From Thermodesulfovibrionia bacterium (GTDB lineage Bacteria > Nitrospirota > Thermodesulfovibrionia > UBA6902), in NCBI GenBank assembly GCA_945788685.1, contig CALZMZ010000002.1:1-55742 (forward strand): 55,742 nt of DNA, written 5' to 3'. Both the position numbers and the translations under genes were made by a program. Below, in pieces: positions 9,850 through 19,691 of this stretch (position 1 is its first letter; every line of letters begins with the position of its first letter). A model generated the notes under the pieces. That model searched no databases. It worked only from the letters and a program-made list of their open reading frames with translations, and was not told where the DNA came from.

Positions 9850-10293
9850 ATGCAAGGGGTTGAGATAAAAGAGCTGTCTGTATTCGAAGATGAACGGGGC
9901 TGGCTAACAGAGATATTCCGAATTGATGAATCCGGTTTCAGGCCTGTCATGTCGTATTTGTCAATGACAAAGCCTGGTCTGGTCAGGGGACCACACGAAC
10001 ATTTAGAACAGACAGACTATTTCTGTTTTTTTGGGAAATTCAGACTTTATCTCTGGGACAACAGACCGGATTCATCTACATTTCAACAGCACAAAGTTAT
10101 TAATACTTCCGGAAAGCCTACACTTGCGGTAGTACCTGCAAGAATAGTACATGCGTATAAGAATATTACAAACGAAGAAGGGCTGGTTATAAATATGCCT
10201 GACAGACTATATAGGGGAGAGGGGAAAAAGGATTCTGTTGATGAAGTGCGGTATGAAGATGACCCTGCATCTCCTTTCAGGATAGAAGAATGA
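9850..10293 (+). CDS. Short cupin, dTDP-4-dehydrorhamnose 3,5-epimerase-like
   Basis: FEDERGWLTEIFR and RGPHEH motifs of RmlC-type cupins. 4-nt overlap with rmlB. Confidence 0.65.
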   Translation: MQGVEIKELSVFEDERGWLTEIFRIDESGFRPVMSYLSMTKPGLVRGPHEHLEQTDYFCFFGKFRLYLWDNRPDSSTFQQHKVINTSGKPTLAVVPARIVHAYKNITNEEGLVINMPDRLYRGEGKKDSVDEVRYEDDPASPFRIEE

Positions 10294-11315
10294 AACTGCT
10301 TGTTACCGGTGGTGCAGGGTTTATTGCATCCAACTATATAAGACATGTACTTCATACGTATCCGGATTATCAGGTGATTAATCTGGACAGCCTTACCTAT
10401 GCCGGAAATCTCGAAAACCTGAAAGATGTAGAAGATTCAGAAAGATATACCTTTATGAAGCGTGATATCTGTGACAGCCATGTTGCAGATGGTCTTGAGT
10501 TTGATGCGATCCTGAATTTTGCTGCTGAAAGTCATGTTGACAGGAGCATTCTTGATGCACAGCCTTTCCTTCAGACCAACATAATGGGAACATACAATCT
10601 TCTGGAAGTCGCAAGGAAGAGGAACTGCACTTTTTTACATGTATCAACTGATGAAGTCTATGGATCGATTGAAGATGGATTCTTTAATGAAGAATCTCCT
10701 TTAATGCCTAACAGTCCTTATGCTGCAAGTAAGGCCTCGTCTGATATGCTTGTCAGGGCATATGTTGAAACTCATAAGATCAATGCCATGATCACAAGAT
10801 GTTCCAACAATTACGGGCCTTATCAGTTCCCTGAAAAACTTATTCCGCTTGTTATACTTAATGCCATAAACAGCAGGCCCATTCCGGTTTACGGTGACGG
10901 CATGAATGTAAGGGACTGGATCCATGTAGTTGACCACTGCAAGGCCGTAGACACTGTTCTTCATAAAGGGACATCCGGACGTGTTTACAATATAGGGTCC
11001 AGGAATGAACAGCCCAATATCGATCTCATTAAAAAAATATTGTCAAAAACTGCTGAAAAGCTGGATCTTGATGAAAATAAACTTATGGGCCTGATCAATT
11101 TTGTTGAGGACAGAAAAGGCCATGACAGGAGATATGCCATAAATCCTTTAATGATAGAGAAGGATCTGGGATGGAAACCTGAGATGACTTTTGACGAAGG
11201 AATAGAAAAGACGATAGAGTGGTATACGACCAATAATCAGTGGTGGGGCCGGATCATTTCAGGTGAATATATCAAGTACTATAATCTGCAATATGGGGAA
11301 AGGCTTGATACGTGA
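10290..11315 (+). CDS. rmlB: dTDP-glucose 4,6-dehydratase
   Basis: GGAGFIASN Rossmann motif, STDEVYG and the YAASKA catalytic motif. 341 aa. Confidence 0.95.
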   Translation: MKLLVTGGAGFIASNYIRHVLHTYPDYQVINLDSLTYAGNLENLKDVEDSERYTFMKRDICDSHVADGLEFDAILNFAAESHVDRSILDAQPFLQTNIMGTYNLLEVARKRNCTFLHVSTDEVYGSIEDGFFNEESPLMPNSPYAASKASSDMLVRAYVETHKINAMITRCSNNYGPYQFPEKLIPLVILNAINSRPIPVYGDGMNVRDWIHVVDHCKAVDTVLHKGTSGRVYNIGSRNEQPNIDLIKKILSKTAEKLDLDENKLMGLINFVEDRKGHDRRYAINPLMIEKDLGWKPEMTFDEGIEKTIEWYTTNNQWWGRIISGEYIKYYNLQYGERLDT

Positions 11316-12151
11316 GAATTGCACTAACAGGCGCCAATGGCATGCTTGGTCATGACATCAGAAAGGTATTTCAGGATGTTGAACTTGTTGCTCTCACCAG
11401 AAAAGACATTGATATAACCAGCCTTGATCAGTCAGTAGCCCGCATAAAGGACATCTCACCTGATTACCTTATTCACAGCGCGGCATATACGGATGTTGAC
11501 GGATGTGAGCAGGACCCGGAAAAGGCCTATCTTGTCAACGGTATCGGGACAAGAAATATTACCATTGGCTGTGAAGAGATCAAATGTCCTGTACTATATA
11601 TAAGTTCGGATTATGTCTTTGACGGCAATAATAAAGAGCCTTATAACGAGTGGGACGTGACTGGTCCTGTGACCAGATATGGGCGTTCAAAATTAATGGG
11701 CGAGCAGTATATTCAATCCCTGACTAACAGGTTTTATATTATCCGGACATCATGGCTGTATGGTGAAAATGGGAAAAATTTTGTCGATACGATTTGCAGG
11801 TTGCTATCTGAAAAGGATGAGATTGAAGTTGTAGATGATCAGGTTGGATCGCCTACGTATACGTATGATCTTGCGGTCAATTTGAGAACGCTTGTTGGAA
11901 AAGGATATGGTATTTATCATATAACCAACTCTTCACACTGCTCATGGTTTGAGTTTGCACAGGAGATAGCCAGGTTAAAAACCAGTAAAACAGAAATAGT
12001 ACCCACAACTACAGAAAAATTTAACAGACCGGCCAAACGGCCTGCATATTCAGTTCTGAATAATACAATGTCAGGGCTTGAAGGGATAGATAATTTGAGG
12101 CACTGGAAAGATGCTCTGGGGGAATACCTGACTAAACAGGCCTGTCAGTAA
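11312..12151 (+). CDS. rmlD: dTDP-4-dehydrorhamnose reductase
   Basis: GTG start overlapping the rmlB stop. GANGMLG, YGRSKLMGE and GSPTYT motifs. Confidence 0.9.
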   Translation: MRIALTGANGMLGHDIRKVFQDVELVALTRKDIDITSLDQSVARIKDISPDYLIHSAAYTDVDGCEQDPEKAYLVNGIGTRNITIGCEEIKCPVLYISSDYVFDGNNKEPYNEWDVTGPVTRYGRSKLMGEQYIQSLTNRFYIIRTSWLYGENGKNFVDTICRLLSEKDEIEVVDDQVGSPTYTYDLAVNLRTLVGKGYGIYHITNSSHCSWFEFAQEIARLKTSKTEIVPTTTEKFNRPAKRPAYSVLNNTMSGLEGIDNLRHWKDALGEYLTKQACQ

Positions 12152-12184
12152 TTCAATAGCAGAAAATATAATAACAGACCGGAT

Positions 12185-12292
12185 CTAGGCCTTATACGTC
12201 ATCTCATCATTATTTTTTGACGATGCAAGTATTGCCATTAACATCATACCTGCTATTGATCCAATAAACAGTCCGAGAAGAAACAAAAACAT
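12185..12292 (-). CDS. Unannotated 35-aa single-TM peptide (paralog of 37944..38054)
   Basis: My own translation is MFLFLLGLFIGSIAGMMLMAILASSKNNDEMTYKA*. GGAGG lies 7 nt upstream of the ATG. The ORF is below the track size cutoff and shares the GLFIGSxxGMxLMAxLAS core with the second copy. Confidence 0.5.
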   Translation of the reverse strand: MFLFLLGLFIGSIAGMMLMAILASSKNNDEMTYKA

Positions 12293-12852
12293 AGATACAC
12301 CTCCCCAGTGATAGTAGTCCATTTACATACAACTTTTATCGTTACTCTTGTATATATCATAAAACTCAGGTCCTGAACAGTAAAAAAAATTAATAATTAT
12401 ATTAAAAGCTTATGAAGAAGTAAAAAAAGAGTACCCCAATCCATATTGATTGAATTGCAGTGGCTCCTAAAATCGTTCATGAAAATTGTAAAGGTTTTCC
12501 TGACTTGTTCAGTAATAGCGATGCACGTAATTCATTCCTGTCCGGGCTTTTGCCATTGAATGTATTTTCCAACTTGACTTTATGTGCTGACTGATCATAT
12601 AATTCTGATGTCTAGGGGATAATGCTGAAGAAAATCATATGACTTCAGGTCCTTTACTTAAGTGTTACGGCTTTTATGATGGGCTTAAGTTAAGTTGATA
12701 TTGCTTACAATTTGGCAGTAGTTCTCTGTGCTATCCCTTTGACTTACCTGTGATACATATTCTTGTCATGCGTCATCGTATGATACTAATTTTTGCAGAA
12801 AGGGGGATACATTCAAAAGCAGTTACTTATTAACAACTTCAAAGGAGGACCA

Positions 12853-13158
12853 ATGACCACATCTGTACTGAATAGAATCGCTGTTGTTATGTTCATGTTG
12901 TTTTCCGCAAGTATTATCTTAGGCAGTCCTGCTTCAGCTGAAATGATCAGCGGGCAAGAAGCAGGGATAATCAATATCAATGATGCTTCATTATCAGAAC
13001 TTGCAGACTTGAAAGGAATAGGAAAGGTAAAAGCAGAAGCGATAATTGCATACAGAAAAAAGAACGGCAAGTTTGAAAGTATTGATGATATTAATAATGT
13101 TAACGGTGTAGGCAGGAAGACTATAGATAAAATCCGGGACAGAATTACAGTTAAGTAA
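12853..13158 (+). CDS. comEA: ComEA-type helix-hairpin-helix DNA-binding protein
   Basis: ATG at 12853 preceded by AAAGGAGGA. Signal/anchor helix followed by INDASLSELADLKGIGKVKAEAIIAYRKKNGKF..VNGVGRKTIDKI (two HhH motifs). Confidence 0.85.
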   Translation: MTTSVLNRIAVVMFMLFSASIILGSPASAEMISGQEAGIININDASLSELADLKGIGKVKAEAIIAYRKKNGKFESIDDINNVNGVGRKTIDKIRDRITVK

Positions 13159-13176
13159 GCCAGAGCATGGCTTGCT

Positions 13177-13379
13177 TTAACCTTTATTATTCACATGGCC
13201 AGGGAGGTTGGCTTTAAAAAAAAGTTTTGGGAGCGGCTTTAGCAGAATATCACCAGAATACCCTCTGTCTGTTGATCAGCATCAGAAAATGATGATATTT
13301 TATTGCATCGTGCCGTATTCAAAACTTTTATTAAAGCTTACCTCCCTGACTCAAATATGTGTGAATGATGCGGGTTAGG
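13177..13379. repeat. ~200-nt long-hairpin element, copy 1 (candidate MITE or rod-shaped sRNA)
   Basis: The two halves pair over most of their length (e.g. AGGGAGGT..GCTTTAA.AAAAGTTTTG with CAAAACTTTT.TTAAAGC..ACCTCCCT). The outer ends are CATTATTCACA / TGTGAATGATG. It aligns end to end with the reverse complement of 23796..23996. Confidence 0.75.
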
Positions 13380-13398
13380 GGACATGGCAGTATAAGAG

Positions 13399-13436
13399 AA
13401 GGGGAGACAGATAGAATCTGTTTCCCCTTTCTTTGT
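13399..13436 (+). terminator. Rho-independent terminator
   Basis: AAGGGGAGACAG - ATAGAAT - CTGTTTCCCCTT followed by TCTTTG. It lies 20 nt after hairpin-element copy 1. Confidence 0.6.
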
Positions 13437-13780
13437 AAGCTTGAAATGAAAAAAATATAATTCAGTAAATGGTATGTATTCCTTCACCCACACCTCGATA
13501 GTCATCATACATGAAATTTATGCAAGGCTCAGGGATTAAAATATTTCCTGACAACCTCCATATATAAAGGCATTTTGTGGACTAATAATTCATGACAGTT
13601 TATTTTAAGAAAATATATTTTTAGGATTAAATGATTTGTGCCGATAAGAATAGCAACTGATTATATATTATGAATATTGCTTATCAACAGGTATAACTGT
13701 AAAATGTATAGAATGTATATTATGGTAACAGTCTTTGAAATGGAACTCTGGCAGACAGAAGTTAAGAATACATTAATATA

Positions 13781-15577
13781 ATGATGAAGAAATACAGACA
13801 GATAGTAATACTTTTATTAGTGACTGTTTTATTTGGATGCAGTACGTTACATAATCTCACAGGGAACAGTGAAAAACAAAATGTAATTCAACCCGAAACA
13901 GGCGACCCGGCAGGACATGAAAATGCCGGCGACTCAATGTCCTCCTTAACAGCTGATGATGAAGATACCTATATGGAAACGGTATTAACGACAGGCGACT
14001 CAGCGATTGAAAACTTATCTGCAGAAATCCTGAACGACAGGGATGAAGAGATTTCATTATCCGGCAGCGACTGTAAGTCATATGTAGCATGTCAGGATAA
14101 CAATGAAGGATTTAATATTGTTGAGGACACGCAAAATGCCGGGAATGATACGGTCACCAATGGACTTGTTTCAGGCGTTTCTGATGAGCAGGACAATATT
14201 GCACAGGAACAGGAGCTTCTTGATTCAGCGCTGGAGTTCTGTAATGCTTCACAGGAATTCTGGTCTGAGGGAAATCTGGAGAAAGCAAATGAGGCCCTTG
14301 ACGAGGCCTATTCATTAGTCCTTGAAGTTAATACTGATGCATATCCTGAACTTGTGCAGCAAAGAGAGGACCTGCGCTTCCTGATCTCCAAGAGGATTCT
14401 GGAAATATATGCATCCCGGTATACCGCTGTTAACGGAAACCATAAGGAAATTCCATTGACAATGAACGAGCATGTTGAAAAGGAGATAAAGCGCTTTCAG
14501 GGACGTGAACGAACGTTTTTTATCGAGTCATATAAACGGTCGGGAAAATACATGGACAGAATACTGGCAGACCTGAAAGAGGCCGGCTTGCCTGAAGAGC
14601 TTGCATGGCTGCCTTTAATCGAAAGCGGATTTAAAACAAAAGCGCTCTCCCGTGCCAGGGCCCTTGGACTTTGGCAGTTTATTCCTTCCACAGGTTATAA
14701 GTTTGGTCTGAAAAGAGATAACTGGATTGATGAAAGGCTGGACCCGGAAAAGTCAACAGCTGCAGCTATAGCATATATGAAAGAACTGCACAATATATTT
14801 GGAGACTGGACAACAGTTCTTGCAGCTTACAATTGCGGAGAGGGACGTGTCCTGAAAAAAATAAGAAACCAGCGCATTAACTATCTTGACAATTTCTGGG
14901 ACCTCTATCAGCAGCTTCCCCGTGAAACGGCAAGATATGTTCCAAGATTTCTGGCAACATTGCATATTCTGAAAGACCCTGAAAAGTTTGGCTTTACACT
15001 GGATGAGATGTACGGGCCTGTTTCTTATGAGACAGTAACGATTAACAAGCCCGTACAACTAAAAATAGTAGCAAACAAGCTGGGTATATCAGGGAAGGAC
15101 CTGACTGAACTGAACACGGAACTAAGACATCAGGTTACGCCTGATACGGAATATTCTCTCAAGGTGCCGGTTGGAATGGGAGAAACTCTACTTGCTTCAC
15201 TGGATGAAATACCAAAATGGTATCCGCCCCAGAATGCATATGTATATCATCGGGTAAAAAAGGGTGAAACCCTTTCTGTGATTGCTCTCAGATACCGTAC
15301 AAGTGTTACAAAAATTGTGAGGGCAAATAATATTAGACGTAAACATATGATCAGGGCTGGAAAGAAACTTAAAATTCCTTTAAGGGGAAGCTCAGCAAAG
15401 AGACTGTATGCATCAAATAATAAACTGTTACCTGATGGAAAATACCGGATTAAAAAAGGTGATTCTCTATGGTTAATCGCCAGAAAATTTAATACAAATA
15501 CAAAAAAGCTGAAGAGAATAAATAATCTCCAATCAACCCGCCTCTATGTCGGTCAATATCTCAAAATAAATGACTGA
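13781..15577 (+). CDS. mltD: Membrane-bound lytic murein transglycosylase D-like lipoprotein (SLT domain + LysM repeats)
   Basis: Lipobox LFGCS. SLT catalytic region LPLIESGFKTKALSRARALGLWQF. Two C-terminal LysM modules (HRVKKGETLSVIALRY; YRIKKGDSLWLIARKF). Confidence 0.88.
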   Translation: MMKKYRQIVILLLVTVLFGCSTLHNLTGNSEKQNVIQPETGDPAGHENAGDSMSSLTADDEDTYMETVLTTGDSAIENLSAEILNDRDEEISLSGSDCKSYVACQDNNEGFNIVEDTQNAGNDTVTNGLVSGVSDEQDNIAQEQELLDSALEFCNASQEFWSEGNLEKANEALDEAYSLVLEVNTDAYPELVQQREDLRFLISKRILEIYASRYTAVNGNHKEIPLTMNEHVEKEIKRFQGRERTFFIESYKRSGKYMDRILADLKEAGLPEELAWLPLIESGFKTKALSRARALGLWQFIPSTGYKFGLKRDNWIDERLDPEKSTAAAIAYMKELHNIFGDWTTVLAAYNCGEGRVLKKIRNQRINYLDNFWDLYQQLPRETARYVPRFLATLHILKDPEKFGFTLDEMYGPVSYETVTINKPVQLKIVANKLGISGKDLTELNTELRHQVTPDTEYSLKVPVGMGETLLASLDEIPKWYPPQNAYVYHRVKKGETLSVIALRYRTSVTKIVRANNIRRKHMIRAGKKLKIPLRGSSAKRLYASNNKLLPDGKYRIKKGDSLWLIARKFNTNTKKLKRINNLQSTRLYVGQYLKIND

Positions 15578-15594
15578 ACATTTGATGTTATTCA

Positions 15595-16713
15595 TTAAAC
15601 CGCCTGTCTGATTATCCGTGCAATGTGTTCTGCCTGCTCCGGCTCAAGCTCGGGGTAAACAGGAATTGAGAGCACTTCCTTTGCTGCGGTTTCAGATACA
15701 GGGAAATCACCTTCAGTGTAATTTAAATATTTAAATGCCTGCTGCAGATGAAGCGGCAACGGATAGTAAACAACAGAGGATATGGAATTATTTTTCATCG
15801 CTTCCTTGATTTTGTCCCGTGAGGGAGATTGTATCGTATATTGGTGATACACGTGATTTCTGTCAGGGAGTTCAACCGGACATGTAACAGTATCACCCAG
15901 GATTGATGTATAAATGTCTGCAATATTGCTGCGTTTCTGATTGTACTCATCAATATGTTTTAGCTTGATTCTCAGTATTGCGGCCTGTATTTCGTCCAGT
16001 CTGCTGTTATAGCCAAGAAATCTGTGCTCATAGGGACCGACCGTTCCATGATTTCTCAGAAGCCTTACCTTATTAATTATATCCGCATTGTTTGAGATCA
16101 TCATGCCGCCGTCCCCGTATGCCCCCAGGTTCTTGCTTGGATAAAAACTGAAGCAGCCCGCACTTCCCATACTTCCTACTGGTATGTTTCTGTACTTTGC
16201 GCCAAAGGCCTGTGCACAATCTTCTATCACATAAAGGTTATATTTATTGGCGATTTCCAAAACTTCAGTCATGTCCACAGATTGTCCAAACAGGTGCACT
16301 ATTACAATTGCAGTAGTTTTTGCTGTTATATTTTCCTCGATTTTTGAAACATTGATATTAAAAGTATCTTCTTTAATATCTACAAAAACAGGTTTTGCAC
16401 CGACATATGCAATTGATTCTGCTGAAGCTATAAAGGTAAAGGGTGTTGTGATGACTTCATCCCCCTGCTTAATCCCGAGTGCCTTAAGGCATAAATGTAA
16501 AGAATCGGTTCCGGATGCCAGACCTATTCCGTGATGCACATTATGGTATGCTGCTATTTCTTCTTCGAGAGACCGGACATTCTGACCAAGAACAAACTGA
16601 CCGCTTTCGATAATTTCCTTCAGGGCAGTCTTGATTTCCTCCTTGATAGGCAGATATTGTGCCTTCAGGTCAAGCATGGGAATAATGTCTTTGTTCAGGA
16701 ATATTTCTGACAT
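15595..16713 (-). CDS. DegT/DnrJ/EryC1-family PLP aminotransferase (GnnB-like by context)
   Basis: Typical DegT layout with a PSKNLGAYGDGG Lys motif. Lies directly downstream of a Gfo/Idh/MocA oxidoreductase in the lipid A cluster. Confidence 0.8.
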   Translation of the reverse strand: MSEIFLNKDIIPMLDLKAQYLPIKEEIKTALKEIIESGQFVLGQNVRSLEEEIAAYHNVHHGIGLASGTDSLHLCLKALGIKQGDEVITTPFTFIASAESIAYVGAKPVFVDIKEDTFNINVSKIEENITAKTTAIVIVHLFGQSVDMTEVLEIANKYNLYVIEDCAQAFGAKYRNIPVGSMGSAGCFSFYPSKNLGAYGDGGMMISNNADIINKVRLLRNHGTVGPYEHRFLGYNSRLDEIQAAILRIKLKHIDEYNQKRSNIADIYTSILGDTVTCPVELPDRNHVYHQYTIQSPSRDKIKEAMKNNSISSVVYYPLPLHLQQAFKYLNYTEGDFPVSETAAKEVLSIPVYPELEPEQAEHIARIIRQAV

Positions 16714-16719
16714 GGCAGT

Positions 16720-17643
16720 TTAATTAGTCAAACCGTGATTAACAAGCCCGGATATTTTTAGAGCAACTTTCAGCGCTTCTTTACCTTCATGACCTGAAAC
16801 AAGGGGTTGGTCTGATCTTGTTACACAATCGATAAAAGACCAAAGCTGTTCCTTTAGTGGTTCTTTTTCTTCAGGTCTTTCAGTGGTTTGCCTGACTTCT
16901 CCGTTGTTTTTTTTCATATACGTTGTAATCTCCTGCCTCTGATAGTCAAGGCTTAAATAAGCATTCTGCTGAAAGACCTTGAGCTGTCTGACTTTATCAG
17001 TGGCCATTCTGCTCGTTACTGCTTCGGCAATACATCCATTTTCAAATTCAATCCATGCGTGTGCCACATCGATATTCTCGGTAAGAACTTTTGCGCCGGT
17101 TGCACGGATGTCTGATATTTCGGAATTCACCAAACTTAATATTATATCTATGTCATGTATCATTAAGTCAAGGGTCACATCCACATCAATGCCTCTCCCC
17201 AGAAATGGGGACAATCTTTGGGATTCGATGAACTGCGGCCTGTCTACCATATTACTTATAAGAGATACTCCAGAATTGAAGCGCTCCAGATGTCCAACCT
17301 GAAATATCAGGTTTCTTTTTTCAGCTTCATGTATGAGAATATCAGCTTCCTCGATTGTTGATGTTATCGGCTTTTCAAGCAGAATACTTTTATTGTGCTT
17401 CAAAAAGTCAATTCCGGTCTGAAAATGGGAAGTAGTAGGGACTGCAATACTTACAGCATCAACAGAGTCGATCACTTCCATATAATTCTGATAGGCATCG
17501 CAGTTATACTGCGATGCGATTTCCCGGGCCCTGTCAAAATTGATGTCAACTACTCCAACAAGCTTTGCATTTTCCATATCTGAAAAAATTCTTGCGTGAT
17601 GCATCCCTATTGAACCCACACCTATGACTGCAACATTAATCAC
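16720..17643 (-). CDS. Gfo/Idh/MocA-family NAD-dependent oxidoreductase (GnnA-like by context)
   Basis: N-terminal VAVIGVGSIGMHH Rossmann motif and an EKP motif. 4-nt overlap with lpxI. Confidence 0.75.
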   Translation of the reverse strand: MINVAVIGVGSIGMHHARIFSDMENAKLVGVVDINFDRAREIASQYNCDAYQNYMEVIDSVDAVSIAVPTTSHFQTGIDFLKHNKSILLEKPITSTIEEADILIHEAEKRNLIFQVGHLERFNSGVSLISNMVDRPQFIESQRLSPFLGRGIDVDVTLDLMIHDIDIILSLVNSEISDIRATGAKVLTENIDVAHAWIEFENGCIAEAVTSRMATDKVRQLKVFQQNAYLSLDYQRQEITTYMKKNNGEVRQTTERPEEKEPLKEQLWSFIDCVTRSDQPLVSGHEGKEALKVALKISGLVNHGLTN

Positions 17644-18467
17644 TTTTTGACTCCAACCACTATTATCCCTGATTTATCAGCTTCGTGTATGAATTTGTTT
17701 TTGTCAACGATGATGCATTTTCCCGCTTCAAGGGCCAGTACCTTTGCTGACACTTTTTTCATTGAGCGCAGTGTTTCAACCCCTGCAACAGGTACGTCAA
17801 AACGCATGTCCTGCTTAGGTTTGCTTACTTTTATGACCACCGCATCTTTTTTGGCAAGTTTTCCCCCTCTGCTGATGGCCTGGTCAGTTCCTTCAATTGC
17901 TTCGACAGCCATGACCGCAAGATTTTTTACTACCACAGTCTGACCGATATCAAGGCCCCCGATTTCTTTTGCAATGTCCCATCCAAAATGAATGTCCTTA
18001 AGGTCCTTTTCAGACGGCTTCCTGCGCGTCATTAAACCCTCGGTGGCAAGAAGATCCCTGGTGAAATCGGTTGTTTTATGGACTGTTATTCCTTTTTTTT
18101 CAAGCTCTTTTACAACAGCGCTCATTATAGTATCATCTGACTGGTTTTTCAGTGAGAAAAGCAGTTTTACTGCCTTAAGGTCTGGAATAATATTCGCCTT
18201 ATTTTCATAGAGAAGAGCCTTCGGGACCTTACCTGCCATAACCACATTGGATATTGAAAGCTTTTTCAGTAACGACAGAAGTCCTCCAAAGCGGCCCAGG
18301 CTTATTTTATGAAATTCATCTGAGATTGGTTTAAGAGACTCATCAGCAGGAGGCTGCAGCGCAATAGCGACTACATAATGGCCCATTTTTTTTGCTTCAG
18401 CAGCAAGGGTCAGAGGCAGTCCTCCCATCCCTGCTATCAGTCCCAGCTTATCCGGCTTTTCAGACAT
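17640..18467 (-). CDS. lpxI: UDP-2,3-diacylglucosamine hydrolase LpxI (DUF1009)
   Basis: KLGLIAGMGGLP N-terminus and a DIGQTVVV motif. Positioned after lpxA. Start taken at ATG 18467; ATG 18488 is an alternative but its RBS spacing is too short. Confidence 0.8.
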   Translation of the reverse strand: MSEKPDKLGLIAGMGGLPLTLAAEAKKMGHYVVAIALQPPADESLKPISDEFHKISLGRFGGLLSLLKKLSISNVVMAGKVPKALLYENKANIIPDLKAVKLLFSLKNQSDDTIMSAVVKELEKKGITVHKTTDFTRDLLATEGLMTRRKPSEKDLKDIHFGWDIAKEIGGLDIGQTVVVKNLAVMAVEAIEGTDQAISRGGKLAKKDAVVIKVSKPKQDMRFDVPVAGVETLRSMKKVSAKVLALEAGKCIIVDKNKFIHEADKSGIIVVGVKK

Positions 18468-18478
18468 ACAGGATGCCT

Positions 18479-19258
18479 TTATCGGCATATGCCTCTTTTA
18501 TTCTTTTCTATAAATTCTATAAAACGCTTTATCTCTTCGGAATGCTTATTTTCAAGTTTTAATTTTTTTATGGCTTCTTTTAATGTAAGTTTGCTCCGGA
18601 AGAGGACCTTGTATGCATGTTTCAGTTCCTTGATTGTTGCCTCCTCAAAATCGTGTCTCTTAAGACCAATCGTATTAAGACCATACAGTTTTGCTCTTTC
18701 TCCGGCTGCGGTTGTAAAGGGGGGAATGTCCTGGGGAATAGCACTGAAGCCGCCGATCATTGAATATGCTCCTATCCTTGTAAACTGGTGAACAGCCACA
18801 TGACCGCCTATAAATACATAATCTTCAACTTCAACATGGCCTGCAAGTGTAGTGGTGTTTGCCATAATAGTATGACTGCCTATATTACAATCATGGGCGA
18901 TATGCACGTATGCCATAAAAAAATTATTATTTCCGATTTTAGTTATCGTGTCTCCGCTAATTGATGCACGGTGTATAGTGATATATTCCCTGATAATGTT
19001 CTTATTGCCGATTTTCACTTTTGTTCGTTCATTATTGTAGCGTGTGTCCTGAGGGGGAAGCCCGATGGATGAGAAGGGGTATACTGTGCAGTCACTGCCT
19101 ATTTCTGTTTCTTCGATTACTACATGGGAGATGAGTTTTGTGTTCCTGCCGATCTTCACTCTTTTGCCGACAATGCAGTACGGACCGATCTCCACTCCTT
19201 CAGACAGCTTTACCCCTGAGTCAACTATTGCTGTACGATGAATTTTAGGTTTAGCCAT
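18479..19258 (-). CDS. lpxA: Acyl-ACP--UDP-N-acetylglucosamine O-acyltransferase
   Basis: [13 protein letters not shown] start followed by left-handed beta-helix hexapeptide repeats. The longer track ORF (to 19432) runs into fabZ and is rejected. Confidence 0.93.
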   Translation of the reverse strand: MAKPKIHRTAIVDSGVKLSEGVEIGPYCIVGKRVKIGRNTKLISHVVIEETEIGSDCTVYPFSSIGLPPQDTRYNNERTKVKIGNKNIIREYITIHRASISGDTITKIGNNNFFMAYVHIAHDCNIGSHTIMANTTTLAGHVEVEDYVFIGGHVAVHQFTRIGAYSMIGGFSAIPQDIPPFTTAAGERAKLYGLNTIGLKRHDFEEATIKELKHAYKVLFRSKLTLKEAIKKLKLENKHSEEIKRFIEFIEKNKRGICR

Positions 19259-19691
19259 TTTCCAGCTCCTGATCAGACACCATGGCTGTAAATTCCGCCT
19301 CTGATACGAGTTTGTCATCAACAAAGGCCTGGCCGGAAAATTTCCATACATTCTTCCTGTTCTGGACTTTATTGACTTCCAGCCGTAACTGGTCACCGGG
19401 AACCACAGGTTTTCTGAATTTTGCCTTTTCAATACTCATGAAGTAGGTAGATTTTCCGTTTGCTCCTGAATGATATGCCAGGATACCTGACACCTGTGCC
19501 ATAGCTTCAACAATGAGGACACCGGGCATTATGGGATAATCAGGAAAGTGTCCCTGGAAAAAAGGTTCATTTGCTGTGACATTTTTTATTCCTATAGCTT
19601 TTACATCGGGTTCTATACTCGTTATCCTGTCAACCAGGAGAAAAGGGTATCGATGGGGAAGTATATTTCGTATTTCAGTGTTGTTCATCAT
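19251..19691 (-). CDS. fabZ: 3-hydroxyacyl-ACP dehydratase
   Basis: [13 protein letters not shown] and FFQGHFP motifs. ATG at 19691 with AAGGAGG 8 nt upstream. 146 aa. Confidence 0.93.
   Translation of the reverse strand: MMNNTEIRNILPHRYPFLLVDRITSIEPDVKAIGIKNVTANEPFFQGHFPDYPIMPGVLIVEAMAQVSGILAYHSGANGKSTYFMSIEKAKFRKPVVPGDQLRLEVNKVQNRKNVWKFSGQAFVDDKLVSEAEFTAMVSDQELENG

Noticed and set aside
9767-9850. 27-aa upstream ORF whose TAA overlaps the rmlC-like ATG (TAATG).
   Set aside because: It has no convincing RBS and no recognisable peptide, and could be chance in AT-rich DNA. It is noted only as a possible leader peptide.
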